This document shows, one piece after another, positions 39,092 to 49,449 of a stretch of DNA of 64,000 nucleotides. Under the pieces are notes generated by a model. That model searched no databases and had not been told where the DNA came from. It was given only the letters and a program-made list of their open reading frames with translations. The stretch's first letter is position 1; each line of letters starts with the position of its first letter. This DNA is from a virus. Lineage: Duplodnaviria; Heunggongvirae; Uroviricota; Caudoviricetes. The stretch lies in IMG/VR virus record IMGVR_UViG_2909314774_000001, one strand, 5' to 3'. A program made the translations under genes and the position numbers.

Positions 39092-39165
39092 GATCGGGGA
39101 TCTCTTTGGATCTTCTATTTGATCTTACTTGGGATCTCTTATTTGGATCTATCCAGTGGATAACT
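39092..39165. promoter_or_regulatory. GATC cluster with 13-mer-like AT-rich repeats and a DnaA-box-like site
   Basis: GATC at ~39092, 39100, 39111, 39121, 39133, 39146; repeats GATCTCTTTGG / GATCTTCTATTT / GATCTTACTTGG / GATCTCTTATTTG resemble oriC 13-mers (GATCTnTTnTTTT); AGTGGATAA at 39156. Confidence 0.6.
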
Positions 39166-39250
39166 GGGATAAGTAAAACAGGCAAATGCAGATTAAGGTA
39201 TGCCTAATGAGTTATCGTAGCATCGGCCAATAACTACTGAAAAAACGATT

Positions 39251-39895
39251 ATGGATCTAAAACGCACGCGCTGGGTTCGTCGTCTTGAGGACGGCTCCTA
39301 CACTATCGAATCAAATTCCAACCTGAATAAGCAGAAGTTACTTTGTGATATCTGCGGTATAGCGGCGAAGTGCCCGATCTACGAAACCAGAATTAAACTT
39401 GATAAGGCTGGTGTGAACTTTCATTTGAATAGTTGTATCAGGTACGTTCCATTGCTCGCATTTCGTAAACCGATCATCGGATTGGATGCGCCCTACTTCA
39501 ACACACTCCGTTCAGGAGTAACGTGGCGAGATCGTTTATCACCAGACAAACTGATTTGCCTTGTATCCGCAGATACAGGAAAAATCATTCGTTTTGGGAA
39601 AGTAGACAAGGTTTACTCAGGCCCAGTTGACGAGATGTTGCGGAAACACAGCCGGTTTAATCACCTCTGCATGGGTGGTGAGAAAATCGAGAAGGTTGAA
39701 GAAGTGATCCGCAAATCCTACGGACACTTCCTGACCAAAGATAGCCTGCTCACTGCAATCTACATCAGACATGTAAAACGTGAGTTCGACCTTGAATACC
39801 ATAGCGAAGAAGAACTGAACCTTGTCGATCCACGTCCTAAAGCTGGCGTCATAAGCATAAATGCAGCGCGTAAAAAGCCCACTGACGCGCTGTAA
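39251..39895 (+). CDS. Hypothetical protein
   Basis: 214-codon ORF next to the origin. Confidence 0.5.
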   Translation: MDLKRTRWVRRLEDGSYTIESNSNLNKQKLLCDICGIAAKCPIYETRIKLDKAGVNFHLNSCIRYVPLLAFRKPIIGLDAPYFNTLRSGVTWRDRLSPDKLICLVSADTGKIIRFGKVDKVYSGPVDEMLRKHSRFNHLCMGGEKIEKVEEVIRKSYGHFLTKDSLLTAIYIRHVKREFDLEYHSEEELNLVDPRPKAGVISINAARKKPTDAL

Positions 39896-40150
39896 CCCTC
39901 CAGATCGTATATTGGCGTAGATAGAATCTACGCCCCCTCAAAATAGCTCTCATAGCGTTCTACAGTGATCCTGTCTTATTTTTAGTCATACAGACAAGCA
40001 AAGTTGCGCCACGATAAATAGGTATATACTTACTTATAAATTTTTGTATATTAAGGCGCTCGTTTCATTCCTAACATACCGTTATGCATAGTTGTTTACC
40101 TCCTCATTGCTCTTAGAATTTGTATCAAAATAACCACAAAGGAAAAACAC

Positions 40151-41236
40151 ATGACTTTGCCATACGGCGTCATTTCTGACTGCCACTACCATAAATGGGA
40201 TGCGTTCTCCACGACGAACGCTGAGGGGCTTAACTCCAGACTTGAAATACAGTTGGAAGCAACGAAAGAAGCAGCCATCGCCATGAAGAAGGCCGGTTGT
40301 AAGTACATGTTGGTTGCCGGTGATACATTTCACGTCCGAGGAACTGTGTCCCCTTCTGTTTTGCATTACGTAACTGAAACGTACAAGTGGATTATCAACG
40401 AGCTTGATCTGACAGTAGTAATGCTGGCCGGTAATCACGATCTTGAAACCAACGATTCAGTATATAGCGCCAACGCAGCAGCATCGCTGAGTTCTATCGG
40501 CGTGGTAATCGTATGTGGCAAGCGCCCACACTCAATAAAAATTGGTGATGTGACTGTCCACCTGATTAGCTGGCGTAACAATCATGCGGAGCTTATCAGC
40601 GATCTGAAAGCATTACGTAAGAGCGTAGAAGGTGATAATCATGACGTTGTTATCCATACATCCATTAACAAAGCCATTCCAACAATGCCTGACGTCGGTA
40701 TCGATGCGCAGGAGTTAAAGGATATCGGCTTTCGTCTCGTGCTTAGTGGGCATTACCACAACCACAAAGAGGTCATTCCTGGAGTTATCAGTGTCGGTGC
40801 ACTGACTCATCAAAATTGGGGAGATGTTGGATCTCTGGCTGGCTACATGATCGTAAACCCGGACGGCAGTTTCAGTCACTACGAAACCAGTGCGCCTAAA
40901 TTCATTAACCTGGAAGATGATGTTGCTGATGACCAAATTCGCGGCAACTACGTGCGTTTCCGCGCCGTAATTGAGAACGATGAAGAAGGCATTAAGTACC
41001 AGAACATCCTCAAAACAATGGGTGCAAAAGGTGTCGTGTGCAACTTCATCCGTAAGTCATCAATGATGGAAGGTACAGCCAGCACAACTGAAACCAGCAA
41101 AATCGATAGCCTGGGAGAGTCGGTATCTGCTTATTGCAAGATTGTCCACGATACTGACGGCGGATTTGATCTGAGCAAATTGGATATTTTGTGTCAGGAA
41201 ATCCTCACCGAAGCGGAGAGTTCGGAGGCTGTGTGA
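40151..41236 (+). CDS. SbcD/Mre11-like nuclease
   Basis: Calcineurin-like phosphoesterase motifs (DCHYH, GDTFH, GNHD). Confidence 0.8.
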   Translation: MTLPYGVISDCHYHKWDAFSTTNAEGLNSRLEIQLEATKEAAIAMKKAGCKYMLVAGDTFHVRGTVSPSVLHYVTETYKWIINELDLTVVMLAGNHDLETNDSVYSANAAASLSSIGVVIVCGKRPHSIKIGDVTVHLISWRNNHAELISDLKALRKSVEGDNHDVVIHTSINKAIPTMPDVGIDAQELKDIGFRLVLSGHYHNHKEVIPGVISVGALTHQNWGDVGSLAGYMIVNPDGSFSHYETSAPKFINLEDDVADDQIRGNYVRFRAVIENDEEGIKYQNILKTMGAKGVVCNFIRKSSMMEGTASTTETSKIDSLGESVSAYCKIVHDTDGGFDLSKLDILCQEILTEAESSEAV

Positions 41237-41277
41237 AGCAAAGTCGTTATGGGAGCTTTCGAGACTTTGCCATCACG

Positions 41278-41469
41278 ATGAAAAGACTTGAACGAGGCCA
41301 GACGGTGATGTTTCACAAGCCCTACCCGCCACAAGGAAATCCCGTAGCGTTTTATCTTGGAAGGTTAACAAGAAAAGGCGTATTGAGGCGCAGATCCTTC
41401 CCGGCGCATACGGAGTTCAGATTGAAAGAAGGCCAAAAGCTAACACACGGTATCAGAGGTGTTATATGA
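41278..41469 (+). CDS. Hypothetical small basic protein
   Basis: 63-codon ORF filling the SbcD-SbcC gap; its stop overlaps the SbcC start. Confidence 0.3.
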   Translation: MKRLERGQTVMFHKPYPPQGNPVAFYLGRLTRKGVLRRRSFPAHTEFRLKEGQKLTHGIRGVI

Positions 41470-43382
41470 AGTTTTTAAAGCTCCAGGTTGAGAATTTTAT
41501 GGCTATCGCCAGCGCGGAGGTCGAGTTAGATCAGCGTGGTTTAGTGCTTATTCAGGGTGTTAATAGTGATGATAGTTCCGCATCAAGTAATGGCTCTGGA
41601 AAGTCAACTCTAATGAATAGCCTGATGTGGTGTCTTTATGGCGAAACAGCTCATGGTGTGAAGGGTGACGATGTGTTGTCTACCGACCATGAAAAGAACT
41701 GTCGTGTTGCAGTAACCATCGAGGATGAAGGCAAGAGATACGCAATCATTCGTCACCGTAAACACAAAGAGTTCAAAAATCGTCTTATCGTTCGTGGTGA
41801 AGATGGCGATATGACGAAAGGCAAAGATGCGCTGACGCAGGAGTTCGTCGAGCGTCTGATCGGTGCATCTAAAGAGGTTTTCATGGCTTCCATCTATGCG
41901 AGCCAAGAAGCTATGCCAGATTTACCTGGAATGTCCGACAAAAACCTCAAAACCATCGTAGAAGAAGCCGCTGGCGTTGACAGACTGACACGCGCCTACG
42001 CTATTGCTCGTGAGCGAGCTAATGCAGCTGCCGCACGTATGGATGTGGTTAAAACCAAATTGGAGTCGACAATCTCGACCATTGAGGCAACACAGTCAGA
42101 AATTGAGTCAGCGAAAGCCTCCTCTGAATCATGGGAGCAAGAGCGTTCTAAACGTTATGACGATGCCCTGGCTGGGCTGGCCAGTGCCGAAGTTGAGTTA
42201 ACGGAAGTTGAACTTGAGATCCGCACTCTTCCCGAACAGATACGTGATACCGAGAAGGCAATCGAAAGTGAGCGCAAAAAGTTAGCCTCAAAAGAAGAAC
42301 ATGACGCCAAGTTGCTCAAAGTTCGTGGTGCGATAACTGATATTCGGGCAAGCATCAAAGCTACAGAAAATAGTCAGGCTGATGCAATGAGCCGCGCGCG
42401 TAATTTTAAGACCAAAGCAGAAGAGGTTGGTACTAAAGTGGGATCACCATGCCCTACTTGTGGCAAAGCCTACTGCGAAGAAGATCTATCAACGGTGAAG
42501 GAGAATTTCATTGAACAAGCACGTCAGGAAATTGGTCAGGCGAAGACACTTGCAGAGGCAATGGCTAAACACAAAACGAATCTTGAGAAAGCGTTAAGCA
42601 TTGAGTCTGCCCTTGTTAAAACGACACCTGATGTAACGGCTATCATTGCCCGGATTGAAGAGCTTACGAAACAACTCTCATCTTTGCGTCATCGTGAGAA
42701 GGAGGTTGTTGCTATTGAGTCTCTTGTGACTCGTGCTCGTACTGAGGTCGATCGTATATCAAAAGAGATTAATCCGTTTATTGCTCTTATCGCCAGACAC
42801 GAAGATAACCTGGTATCCAGTAAGTCTACCTTCAAGTCCTTAAAAGATGAGTTGAAGGCTATTCAGGAACAAACGTTGCTATTGGAAAAAGCTCGTCAGG
42901 TCTACTCTCCTGCCGGGGTGCGTTCTCATATTTTGACGTCTGTTACGCCTTTCCTGAATACACGCACTGCCGAGTATCTCAATACGTTGTCTGACGGGAA
43001 TATTACTGCTGAGTGGTCGACGATGGATGTCACTAAAAAAGGTGAGTATCGCGACAAATTCAACATTAGTGTGCAGAAGAAAGGTTCAAGTAAGTCGTTC
43101 CAGACCCTCTCTGGTGGTGAGAAGCGGAAGGTTCGCATTGCGTGTTCTTTGGCATTGCAGGATCTGGTTAGTAACCGGGCGAGTAAAAACATCGATTTGT
43201 TTATCGGCGACGAAATTGACGATGCACTCGATACAGCCGGTCTTGAACGCCTCATGGGTATTCTGGAGTCCAAAGCTCGCGAGCGAGGTACTGTGCTGAT
43301 TATCTCCCATAAAGAGATGAAGTCATGGTTCCGGGAAACTATTACGCTGGAAGTTAAAGAGGGGCGCAGCTATGTCGTTTAA
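41466..43382 (+). CDS. SbcC/Rad50-like ATPase
   Basis: N-terminal Walker A (NGSGKST), central coiled coil with CPTCG zinc hook, C-terminal signature LSGGEKRK and Walker B LFIGDEID. Confidence 0.85.
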   Translation: MKFLKLQVENFMAIASAEVELDQRGLVLIQGVNSDDSSASSNGSGKSTLMNSLMWCLYGETAHGVKGDDVLSTDHEKNCRVAVTIEDEGKRYAIIRHRKHKEFKNRLIVRGEDGDMTKGKDALTQEFVERLIGASKEVFMASIYASQEAMPDLPGMSDKNLKTIVEEAAGVDRLTRAYAIARERANAAAARMDVVKTKLESTISTIEATQSEIESAKASSESWEQERSKRYDDALAGLASAEVELTEVELEIRTLPEQIRDTEKAIESERKKLASKEEHDAKLLKVRGAITDIRASIKATENSQADAMSRARNFKTKAEEVGTKVGSPCPTCGKAYCEEDLSTVKENFIEQARQEIGQAKTLAEAMAKHKTNLEKALSIESALVKTTPDVTAIIARIEELTKQLSSLRHREKEVVAIESLVTRARTEVDRISKEINPFIALIARHEDNLVSSKSTFKSLKDELKAIQEQTLLLEKARQVYSPAGVRSHILTSVTPFLNTRTAEYLNTLSDGNITAEWSTMDVTKKGEYRDKFNISVQKKGSSKSFQTLSGGEKRKVRIACSLALQDLVSNRASKNIDLFIGDEIDDALDTAGLERLMGILESKARERGTVLIISHKEMKSWFRETITLEVKEGRSYVV

Positions 43383-44115
43383 ATTAAGCCGCTCGCAGTT
43401 TTTGCAGGTATTTGCAGTGATGCAGTCGATAAAACTGATCAATGGGCATACTTCCAATGGTGCGGCTCCACGTATTCTGTGGGGCAGCAACAATATTGAC
43501 GGAGTACAATTCGCCGCGTTGCTTGGTCTAATATCCGAGACGCCATTGATGCAAAGTTTGAAATCACTACCACCTGGATGTATTGCGCCGATCCTGATTA
43601 ATCCTTTTGTTGAGGGGGGATATCTTCCCAACGTCGGGCCTGGGTTTATTGCATCCCATGAAACTGAAGATCTTAACATTAATAGCGAAGGGTTCTTTGG
43701 GGGAATGGGTGCGCATCACTGTATGGCTTTCACGAACCTTATTCGACTTGCCAATAAGCGGGTGGATAGTTTGGCATCGCCAGGTGATGCTTTTACTGGT
43801 TTCCTTATCCAAAGGAGGGATAAAAAGTACAGTGCGGACAAACTACAGTTTGTTGGTAAGTATGGAGAAATGGTAGAAATCGAACTTCAGCTCCCTCATG
43901 TTTTAGCAAACGATAGTGCAGACAGTCGGAGGCTATTGGGCATCATGCGTCATTTCATAGCAAGTGGTGTTAAACATGCCGCAGATAAACGTGTCACGCA
44001 GGAAAATGAGTATTCAGACTTTGCAAACTATCCCCAACCAACGTTGCAAACGGCAATAGTAGCCAATTCGTTGGAGGCGAGATTATTGGAAAACCCTATA
44101 TGGGGAACATGGTAA
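43372..44115 (+). CDS. Hypothetical protein
   Basis: 247-codon ORF between the SbcC and resolvase genes. Confidence 0.5.
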   Translation: MSFKLSRSQFLQVFAVMQSIKLINGHTSNGAAPRILWGSNNIDGVQFAALLGLISETPLMQSLKSLPPGCIAPILINPFVEGGYLPNVGPGFIASHETEDLNINSEGFFGGMGAHHCMAFTNLIRLANKRVDSLASPGDAFTGFLIQRRDKKYSADKLQFVGKYGEMVEIELQLPHVLANDSADSRRLLGIMRHFIASGVKHAADKRVTQENEYSDFANYPQPTLQTAIVANSLEARLLENPIWGTW

Positions 44116-44124
44116 GGAGACTAT

Positions 44125-44694
44125 ATGAGTAAAAAAATCAGCGTAGTTGGTGTTGATCCCTCAATGAGCAACTTTGGGCTTGCTGTGGGCACTTTAGACC
44201 TTGAGACGGACGAACTTGAGATTCACGGCCTTACTCTTGTTGAGACTAAAGCGGGGAGTAACAAAAAGACCGTTCGTGTGAACAGTGACGATCTGCGCCG
44301 CGCCAGTGAAATATGGCGTGTTGCGAAGCCAATCATTGATAAGGCAAATATGGTTTTTTGTGAGCTACCGGTTGGGAGCCAAAACTCTCGTTCGCAGACG
44401 TCTTACGGTATTTGTATCGGTGTACTTGCGTGTGTGGATAAGCCATTGATCCAGGTTACTCCAAACGAAATCAAGCATTTTGTCGGCAATAAACTTACTA
44501 CATCGAAAGAAGAGATTATCCAGTGGGCTACGAAAAAACACCCTAAAGCACCGTGGCTGCGTCGTAAGCAATCTGGACAGGATGTTCTCGTGAACAAAAA
44601 CGAACATTTGGCTGATGCGGTGGCTGCCATCCATACCGGTATGCAAACAGATCAGTTCCGCCAGGTGCGCGATGTTCTTAAGTCTCTCATTTGA
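44125..44694 (+). CDS. RuvC-like Holliday junction resolvase
   Basis: N-terminal VGVDPSMSNFGLAV resembles the RuvC catalytic start; placement with recombination genes. Confidence 0.5.
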   Translation: MSKKISVVGVDPSMSNFGLAVGTLDLETDELEIHGLTLVETKAGSNKKTVRVNSDDLRRASEIWRVAKPIIDKANMVFCELPVGSQNSRSQTSYGICIGVLACVDKPLIQVTPNEIKHFVGNKLTTSKEEIIQWATKKHPKAPWLRRKQSGQDVLVNKNEHLADAVAAIHTGMQTDQFRQVRDVLKSLI

Positions 44695-44767
44695 TTTCAT
44701 TGATAGGTAAGTGCTTATCTATTAACATGGGCCACTATATTTAGTGGCCCTCTTTATTTGGTGATAC

Positions 44768-47083
44768 ATGATAAGCATCGTAAAACGTAACGGCCAAACA
44801 GAGCCGTTATCCGAAGAAAAATACAACCGCGTCGTAATGTATGGCGTAGAAGGCATTCGTGGTGTAAGCGCATCCGCTGTAGCAATGGGAGCTGCGGCCA
44901 GCATTTTTGATGGGATTACCACCAGCCAGTTGCATGAGGCTTTGGTTAAATCTGCCGCTGATTTGATCTCACCAGAAGCACCAAATTACTCACAGGTGGC
45001 TGCCCGCCTGAACATTTTTAAAATCCGCAAAGATGCCTTCGGTCGTTACGACTATCCGAACTTCTACCAACACATTGTCAAGAACGTTAACAAGGGCGTT
45101 TATGACAAGGATTTGCTGACACATTATTCGTTTGAAGAGATCGAAGAACTCGGCAATTACATTAAGCCGAAACGTGACGATCTTTTTGGCTATGCAGCTA
45201 CGGTGCAGTTGCAAAGCAAATACCTCGTTCAAAACCGTGTTACTGGTGAGATTCATGAGGGGCCGCAACATATCTATATGCTGGTAGGCATGTGTCTGTT
45301 CCAGAATTGGGAAGACGACTGCGCTGGCAAAACACGTATGGAGATGGTCAAAGGTTTCTATGACGTTACAAGTACGTTCAAACTGTCTCTGCCCACACCA
45401 ATCATGGCCGGCGTCCGTACTCCAACCCGTCAGTTCTCCAGTTGTGTGCTGATTGAGTCTGGCGATAGTCTGAAAGGGATTAGTGCAGCTTCAGCCGCAA
45501 TTATCGACTACGTTTCACGTCGTGCTGGAATTGGTATTGGTTTTGGCCGTATCCGTGCGCTGGGCAGCGAGATCCGCAATGGTGAAGCCACCCATACCGG
45601 AGTTATTCCATTCCTGAAGCATTTCCAGACTGCTGTTAAATCTTGCTCGCAAGGTGGTGTCCGTGGTGGCGCAGCAACAGCGTTTTACCCGATCTGGCAT
45701 CTTGAAGTTGAAAGTCTGCTGGTGGTGAAAAATAACCGTGGTATCGATGAAAACCGCGTTCGCCATCTTGATTACGGCGTCATGAGTAACCGTCTGATGT
45801 ACCGTCGACTCGTCAGAAGCGAGAACATCACTCTGTTCAGCCCGCATGATGTGCCTGATATGTACGAAGCCTTCTTCACAGATCAGGATCTGTTTGAAAA
45901 GCTGTACCATAAATACGAAGCCGATGATTCAATTCGCAAGAAGTCAGTACCTGCCATTGAGCTGTTCTCATCTCTGATGCAGGAACGAGCGTCCACGGGC
46001 CGAATTTATATTGCGAACGTCGATCATATTAACGAGCATGGCGCTTTCATTCCTGCTCTTGCACCTGTTCGCCAGTCAAACCTGTGCATGGAGATCACTC
46101 TACCCACCCGTCCACTGGCATTTACCGACGACCCGAACGGTGAGATCGCGCTATGCACTTTATCCGCTTTTAACCTCGGAGCCATCCGTTCACTGGAGTC
46201 TCTTAAAGAGGTGGCGTTCTATGCCGTTGCTGCACTGGATTCGTTACTGGATTATCAAGACTATCCGATGGAGGCAGCCGAAGTGCCTGCCAAAGCTCGT
46301 CGTAGCTTGGGAATTGGTGTAACCAACTTTGCTTATTACCTGGCAAAGAATGGCGTTCGTTATTCTGATACCGCTGGCAATAAACTGGTGCATGAAACGT
46401 TCGAAGCTATCCAGTATTACCTTCTTGATGCCAGCTGCCGACTTGCTGAAGCAAAAGGTGAGTGTGACTGGTTTGAGCAGACCAAGTACGCAATTGGTCA
46501 GTTGCCGATCGACCATTACCGTTCTTCATTAGACGAAAGTGGCGAAACCAACTTTGAGTTAAAGATGCCGTGGGAAGAACTGCGTGAACGTATTGCAAAA
46601 TACGGCCTTCGCAACTCCACACTGACGGCACAAATGCCATGCGAGACTTCCAGCCAGATCACTAATTCCACCAACGGCATCGAACCGCCTCGTGGCCCGG
46701 TGTCGGTGAAATCTTCTAAGGACGGCATCGTTAAGATGGTCGTGCCTGAGTTTGAAAAACTGAAGGAACAGTATGAATACCTGTGGGATATGCCGGACAA
46801 CCGCGGCTATCTGACAAAGGTGGCGATCATCCAGAAGTTCTTTGACCAGGCTATTTCAGCCAATACCAACTATGACCCTTCTCGCTTTGAAGGCGATAAA
46901 GTCCCAATGATGACGCTACTGTCAGATTTGCTTCTCGCCTACAAGATGGGAGTTAAAACGCTTTACTACCACAACACCAGAGATGGGGCAGGAAAGCGTG
47001 ATGACGACGAACCGCAGAATCCACTGACGCAAGCTGTAGCCGTCGAGCCAGAAGATGAGTGCGACGGGGCCTGCAAAATCTGA
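44768..47083 (+). CDS. nrdA: Ribonucleotide reductase class Ia large subunit
   Basis: N-terminal ATP-cone, catalytic SNLCMEI motif, C-terminal Cys pair (CDGAC). Confidence 0.9.
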   Translation: MISIVKRNGQTEPLSEEKYNRVVMYGVEGIRGVSASAVAMGAAASIFDGITTSQLHEALVKSAADLISPEAPNYSQVAARLNIFKIRKDAFGRYDYPNFYQHIVKNVNKGVYDKDLLTHYSFEEIEELGNYIKPKRDDLFGYAATVQLQSKYLVQNRVTGEIHEGPQHIYMLVGMCLFQNWEDDCAGKTRMEMVKGFYDVTSTFKLSLPTPIMAGVRTPTRQFSSCVLIESGDSLKGISAASAAIIDYVSRRAGIGIGFGRIRALGSEIRNGEATHTGVIPFLKHFQTAVKSCSQGGVRGGAATAFYPIWHLEVESLLVVKNNRGIDENRVRHLDYGVMSNRLMYRRLVRSENITLFSPHDVPDMYEAFFTDQDLFEKLYHKYEADDSIRKKSVPAIELFSSLMQERASTGRIYIANVDHINEHGAFIPALAPVRQSNLCMEITLPTRPLAFTDDPNGEIALCTLSAFNLGAIRSLESLKEVAFYAVAALDSLLDYQDYPMEAAEVPAKARRSLGIGVTNFAYYLAKNGVRYSDTAGNKLVHETFEAIQYYLLDASCRLAEAKGECDWFEQTKYAIGQLPIDHYRSSLDESGETNFELKMPWEELRERIAKYGLRNSTLTAQMPCETSSQITNSTNGIEPPRGPVSVKSSKDGIVKMVVPEFEKLKEQYEYLWDMPDNRGYLTKVAIIQKFFDQAISANTNYDPSRFEGDKVPMMTLLSDLLLAYKMGVKTLYYHNTRDGAGKRDDDEPQNPLTQAVAVEPEDECDGACKI

Positions 47084-47188
47084 CATATGGTGGGGTATAA
47101 CCCCACCTTCTCTTTGATTTGTAAGCCTTGTTTAAACAAATAAGATAACAACTTGTTTAAACACATCAAAAAGCAAAAGGAAAAACAC

Positions 47189-48331
47189 ATGTCATATTCA
47201 ACGTTCCGTTTGGGTGCTAATGATGCAACCAAAGAGCCTATGTTCCTCGGACAATCTGTCAACGTGGCACGTTACGATCAGCAAAAATACCGTGATTTTG
47301 AAAAGTTGATTGAACGTCAATTGTCTTTCTTCTGGCGGCCGGAAGAAGTTGATATTTCGAGCGATCGTATCGACTTCAACACGAAGCTGCGGGACCACGA
47401 ACGTCACATTTTTCTGAGCAATCTCCGTTATCAAACGTTACTCGATTCAGTTCAGGGACGTAGCCCAAATGCAACGCTGCTGCCGCTTATCTCTATTCCT
47501 GAACTGGAAACGTGGGTTGAAACATGGTCTTTCTCTGAGACTATCCATAGCCGCAGCTACACCCACATTATTCGTGGCATGGTGGACGATCCGAGCATTG
47601 TTTTTGACGGTATTGTTACGGATGAAGAAATCATCAACCGAGCGATCAGTATCTCTGCTGAATATGACAGGCTTTATGGGATGACCTGCGAGCGCCAGTC
47701 GTTAGGTGAGAAGGAGTTTGAACGTCTGTACGTAAATGAATATGGCTGGGAGCCATACCCTTTGCACCGTCAGCTTTTCCGCACGTTGGTGTCCATTAAT
47801 GCGCTTGAGGCGATCCGTTTCTATGTAAGTTTTGCATGTACGTTTGCCTTTGGCGAACGGAAGTTGCTTGAGGGTAACACCAAAATTATGCGCTTTATTG
47901 CCCGTGATGAAGCTCTGCATTGCGAAGGAACTGAACGCATGATCCGCTTCATGCGTACCGGTCGCGAAGGTTTATTGTGGAAAGAGATTGCTGCTGATGA
48001 AGAAAACGTCATTTACGACACCATGAAATCAGTAGCCGAACAAGAAATGAACTGGGCAGACTATCTCTTCAAAGACGGTTCGATGATTGGTTTAAACGCG
48101 GACATTCTCAAAACCTATGTAAAATACCGCACCAATCTGGCTATGAATCGTCTTGGCCTGAAGGCTTTATTTCCAGAAGTTACCACTGATCCGCTGGTCT
48201 GGATGAACAAGTGGTTGTTAACCGACACACTGCAAATTGCACCACAAGAGGCAGAGCAAAGTACATATCTGGTAGGTCAGATCGATTCTACCGTGGATAA
48301 GGCTTCTCTAAGCCAGTTTGCTGACCTGTAA
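47189..48331 (+). CDS. nrdB: Ribonucleotide reductase class Ia small subunit
   Basis: Di-iron ligand motifs (E..H in FGERKLLEG...DEALHCEG); start moved to ATG 47189 with the conserved AAAAGGAAAAACACATG context. Confidence 0.9.
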   Translation: MSYSTFRLGANDATKEPMFLGQSVNVARYDQQKYRDFEKLIERQLSFFWRPEEVDISSDRIDFNTKLRDHERHIFLSNLRYQTLLDSVQGRSPNATLLPLISIPELETWVETWSFSETIHSRSYTHIIRGMVDDPSIVFDGIVTDEEIINRAISISAEYDRLYGMTCERQSLGEKEFERLYVNEYGWEPYPLHRQLFRTLVSINALEAIRFYVSFACTFAFGERKLLEGNTKIMRFIARDEALHCEGTERMIRFMRTGREGLLWKEIAADEENVIYDTMKSVAEQEMNWADYLFKDGSMIGLNADILKTYVKYRTNLAMNRLGLKALFPEVTTDPLVWMNKWLLTDTLQIAPQEAEQSTYLVGQIDSTVDKASLSQFADL

Positions 48332-48408
48332 ACCGATACAAAGCATTATGTGGCCTGGCAACGCTGGGCCACAATGGATCACAAGAATTAAGAAGGAACA
48401 AAACTAGC

Positions 48409-49278
48409 ATGAACTTTACCAAACTGACTGACCACCTGAAACTTGCCACCGATCGACTCATTGGATTTAAGCCAGAACCATATGAGTTGCATGAAGGTCA
48501 TGGTGTAGCTACTGAAAGTATTTACAAGATGGTCGATCAGTTTCATGAACTATTCCAGCATCCGAGACGCGTTATGCCGACACCAGAGCTGCTTCGTCTC
48601 CGTGCAAGCCTGATTCATGAAGAAGCTGTAGTGGAAGGTATTCCAGCCGCAATGAATGGGGATATTGAGCAACTGCTGGATGCAATGGCCGACTTTTTAT
48701 ACGTTGGTGTTGGTACGATGGTCGCCATCAAAGGTGGTATTTCTACCGGCATGACCTATTACACGCAGGAACAGAGCATTGATCGCTTTATGCAGACAAT
48801 TTTTGTGCCCGGTAACACTGTTTTCGATGATATGGCAATGCCATTTCAGGAAGCTCGTGAGGCGTCATGTATGCTCGAAGAGCTGGCAGATAAACTTGAG
48901 AACAAGACTGTTAAGGATTCTGAGCTGATTCAGGAACTGCGCCGTGTCATGAACAAAATCTATGTGGCGTGCATGATGACCTATCGACTGGCTGATTTCC
49001 TCGGTATCAATGTAGTCGAGCTGGTTGGCGAAATTCATCGGTCTAACATGACAAAATTATGGCCTGCTGATGTTGAGGAACGTCGCCAGGCTGTGGCCAA
49101 CTGCAAATACGACTCTTCAGATCTGGGATTCCGCCATGCTGATGGCACCGATAAGATGATCGGTTTTCGAATTTCCGATGGAAAGATTCTGAAGTCTCCA
49201 ACCTATAGTGATGTCGATTTATCCTCCTTTGTTGAGCAAGCTAAAGCCTCAGCAATGTACGGAATGATCAAAAAATAA
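48409..49278 (+). CDS. Hypothetical protein, possibly an all-alpha nucleotide pyrophosphohydrolase (MazG/dUTPase-like)
   Basis: Sits between nrdB and thyA; the functional guess rests on context and a loosely MazG-like E..E...D pattern. Confidence 0.3.
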   Translation: MNFTKLTDHLKLATDRLIGFKPEPYELHEGHGVATESIYKMVDQFHELFQHPRRVMPTPELLRLRASLIHEEAVVEGIPAAMNGDIEQLLDAMADFLYVGVGTMVAIKGGISTGMTYYTQEQSIDRFMQTIFVPGNTVFDDMAMPFQEAREASCMLEELADKLENKTVKDSELIQELRRVMNKIYVACMMTYRLADFLGINVVELVGEIHRSNMTKLWPADVEERRQAVANCKYDSSDLGFRHADGTDKMIGFRISDGKILKSPTYSDVDLSSFVEQAKASAMYGMIKK

Positions 49279-49449
49279 TTGTAGGTAGTTATCTATCTGT
49301 GTATATTGCGTTGGCGCGTTAAATTTCTGAAACAACTATTCGTTTTTGGTGGCCTATGGCCACCATTTTTTTATCTATCTGGTCTTGTTCTCTCAATAAA
49401 TGTAAACTCACGCAATGAATAAGTGGTTACTTATCTTTGTGAGGTTTTT

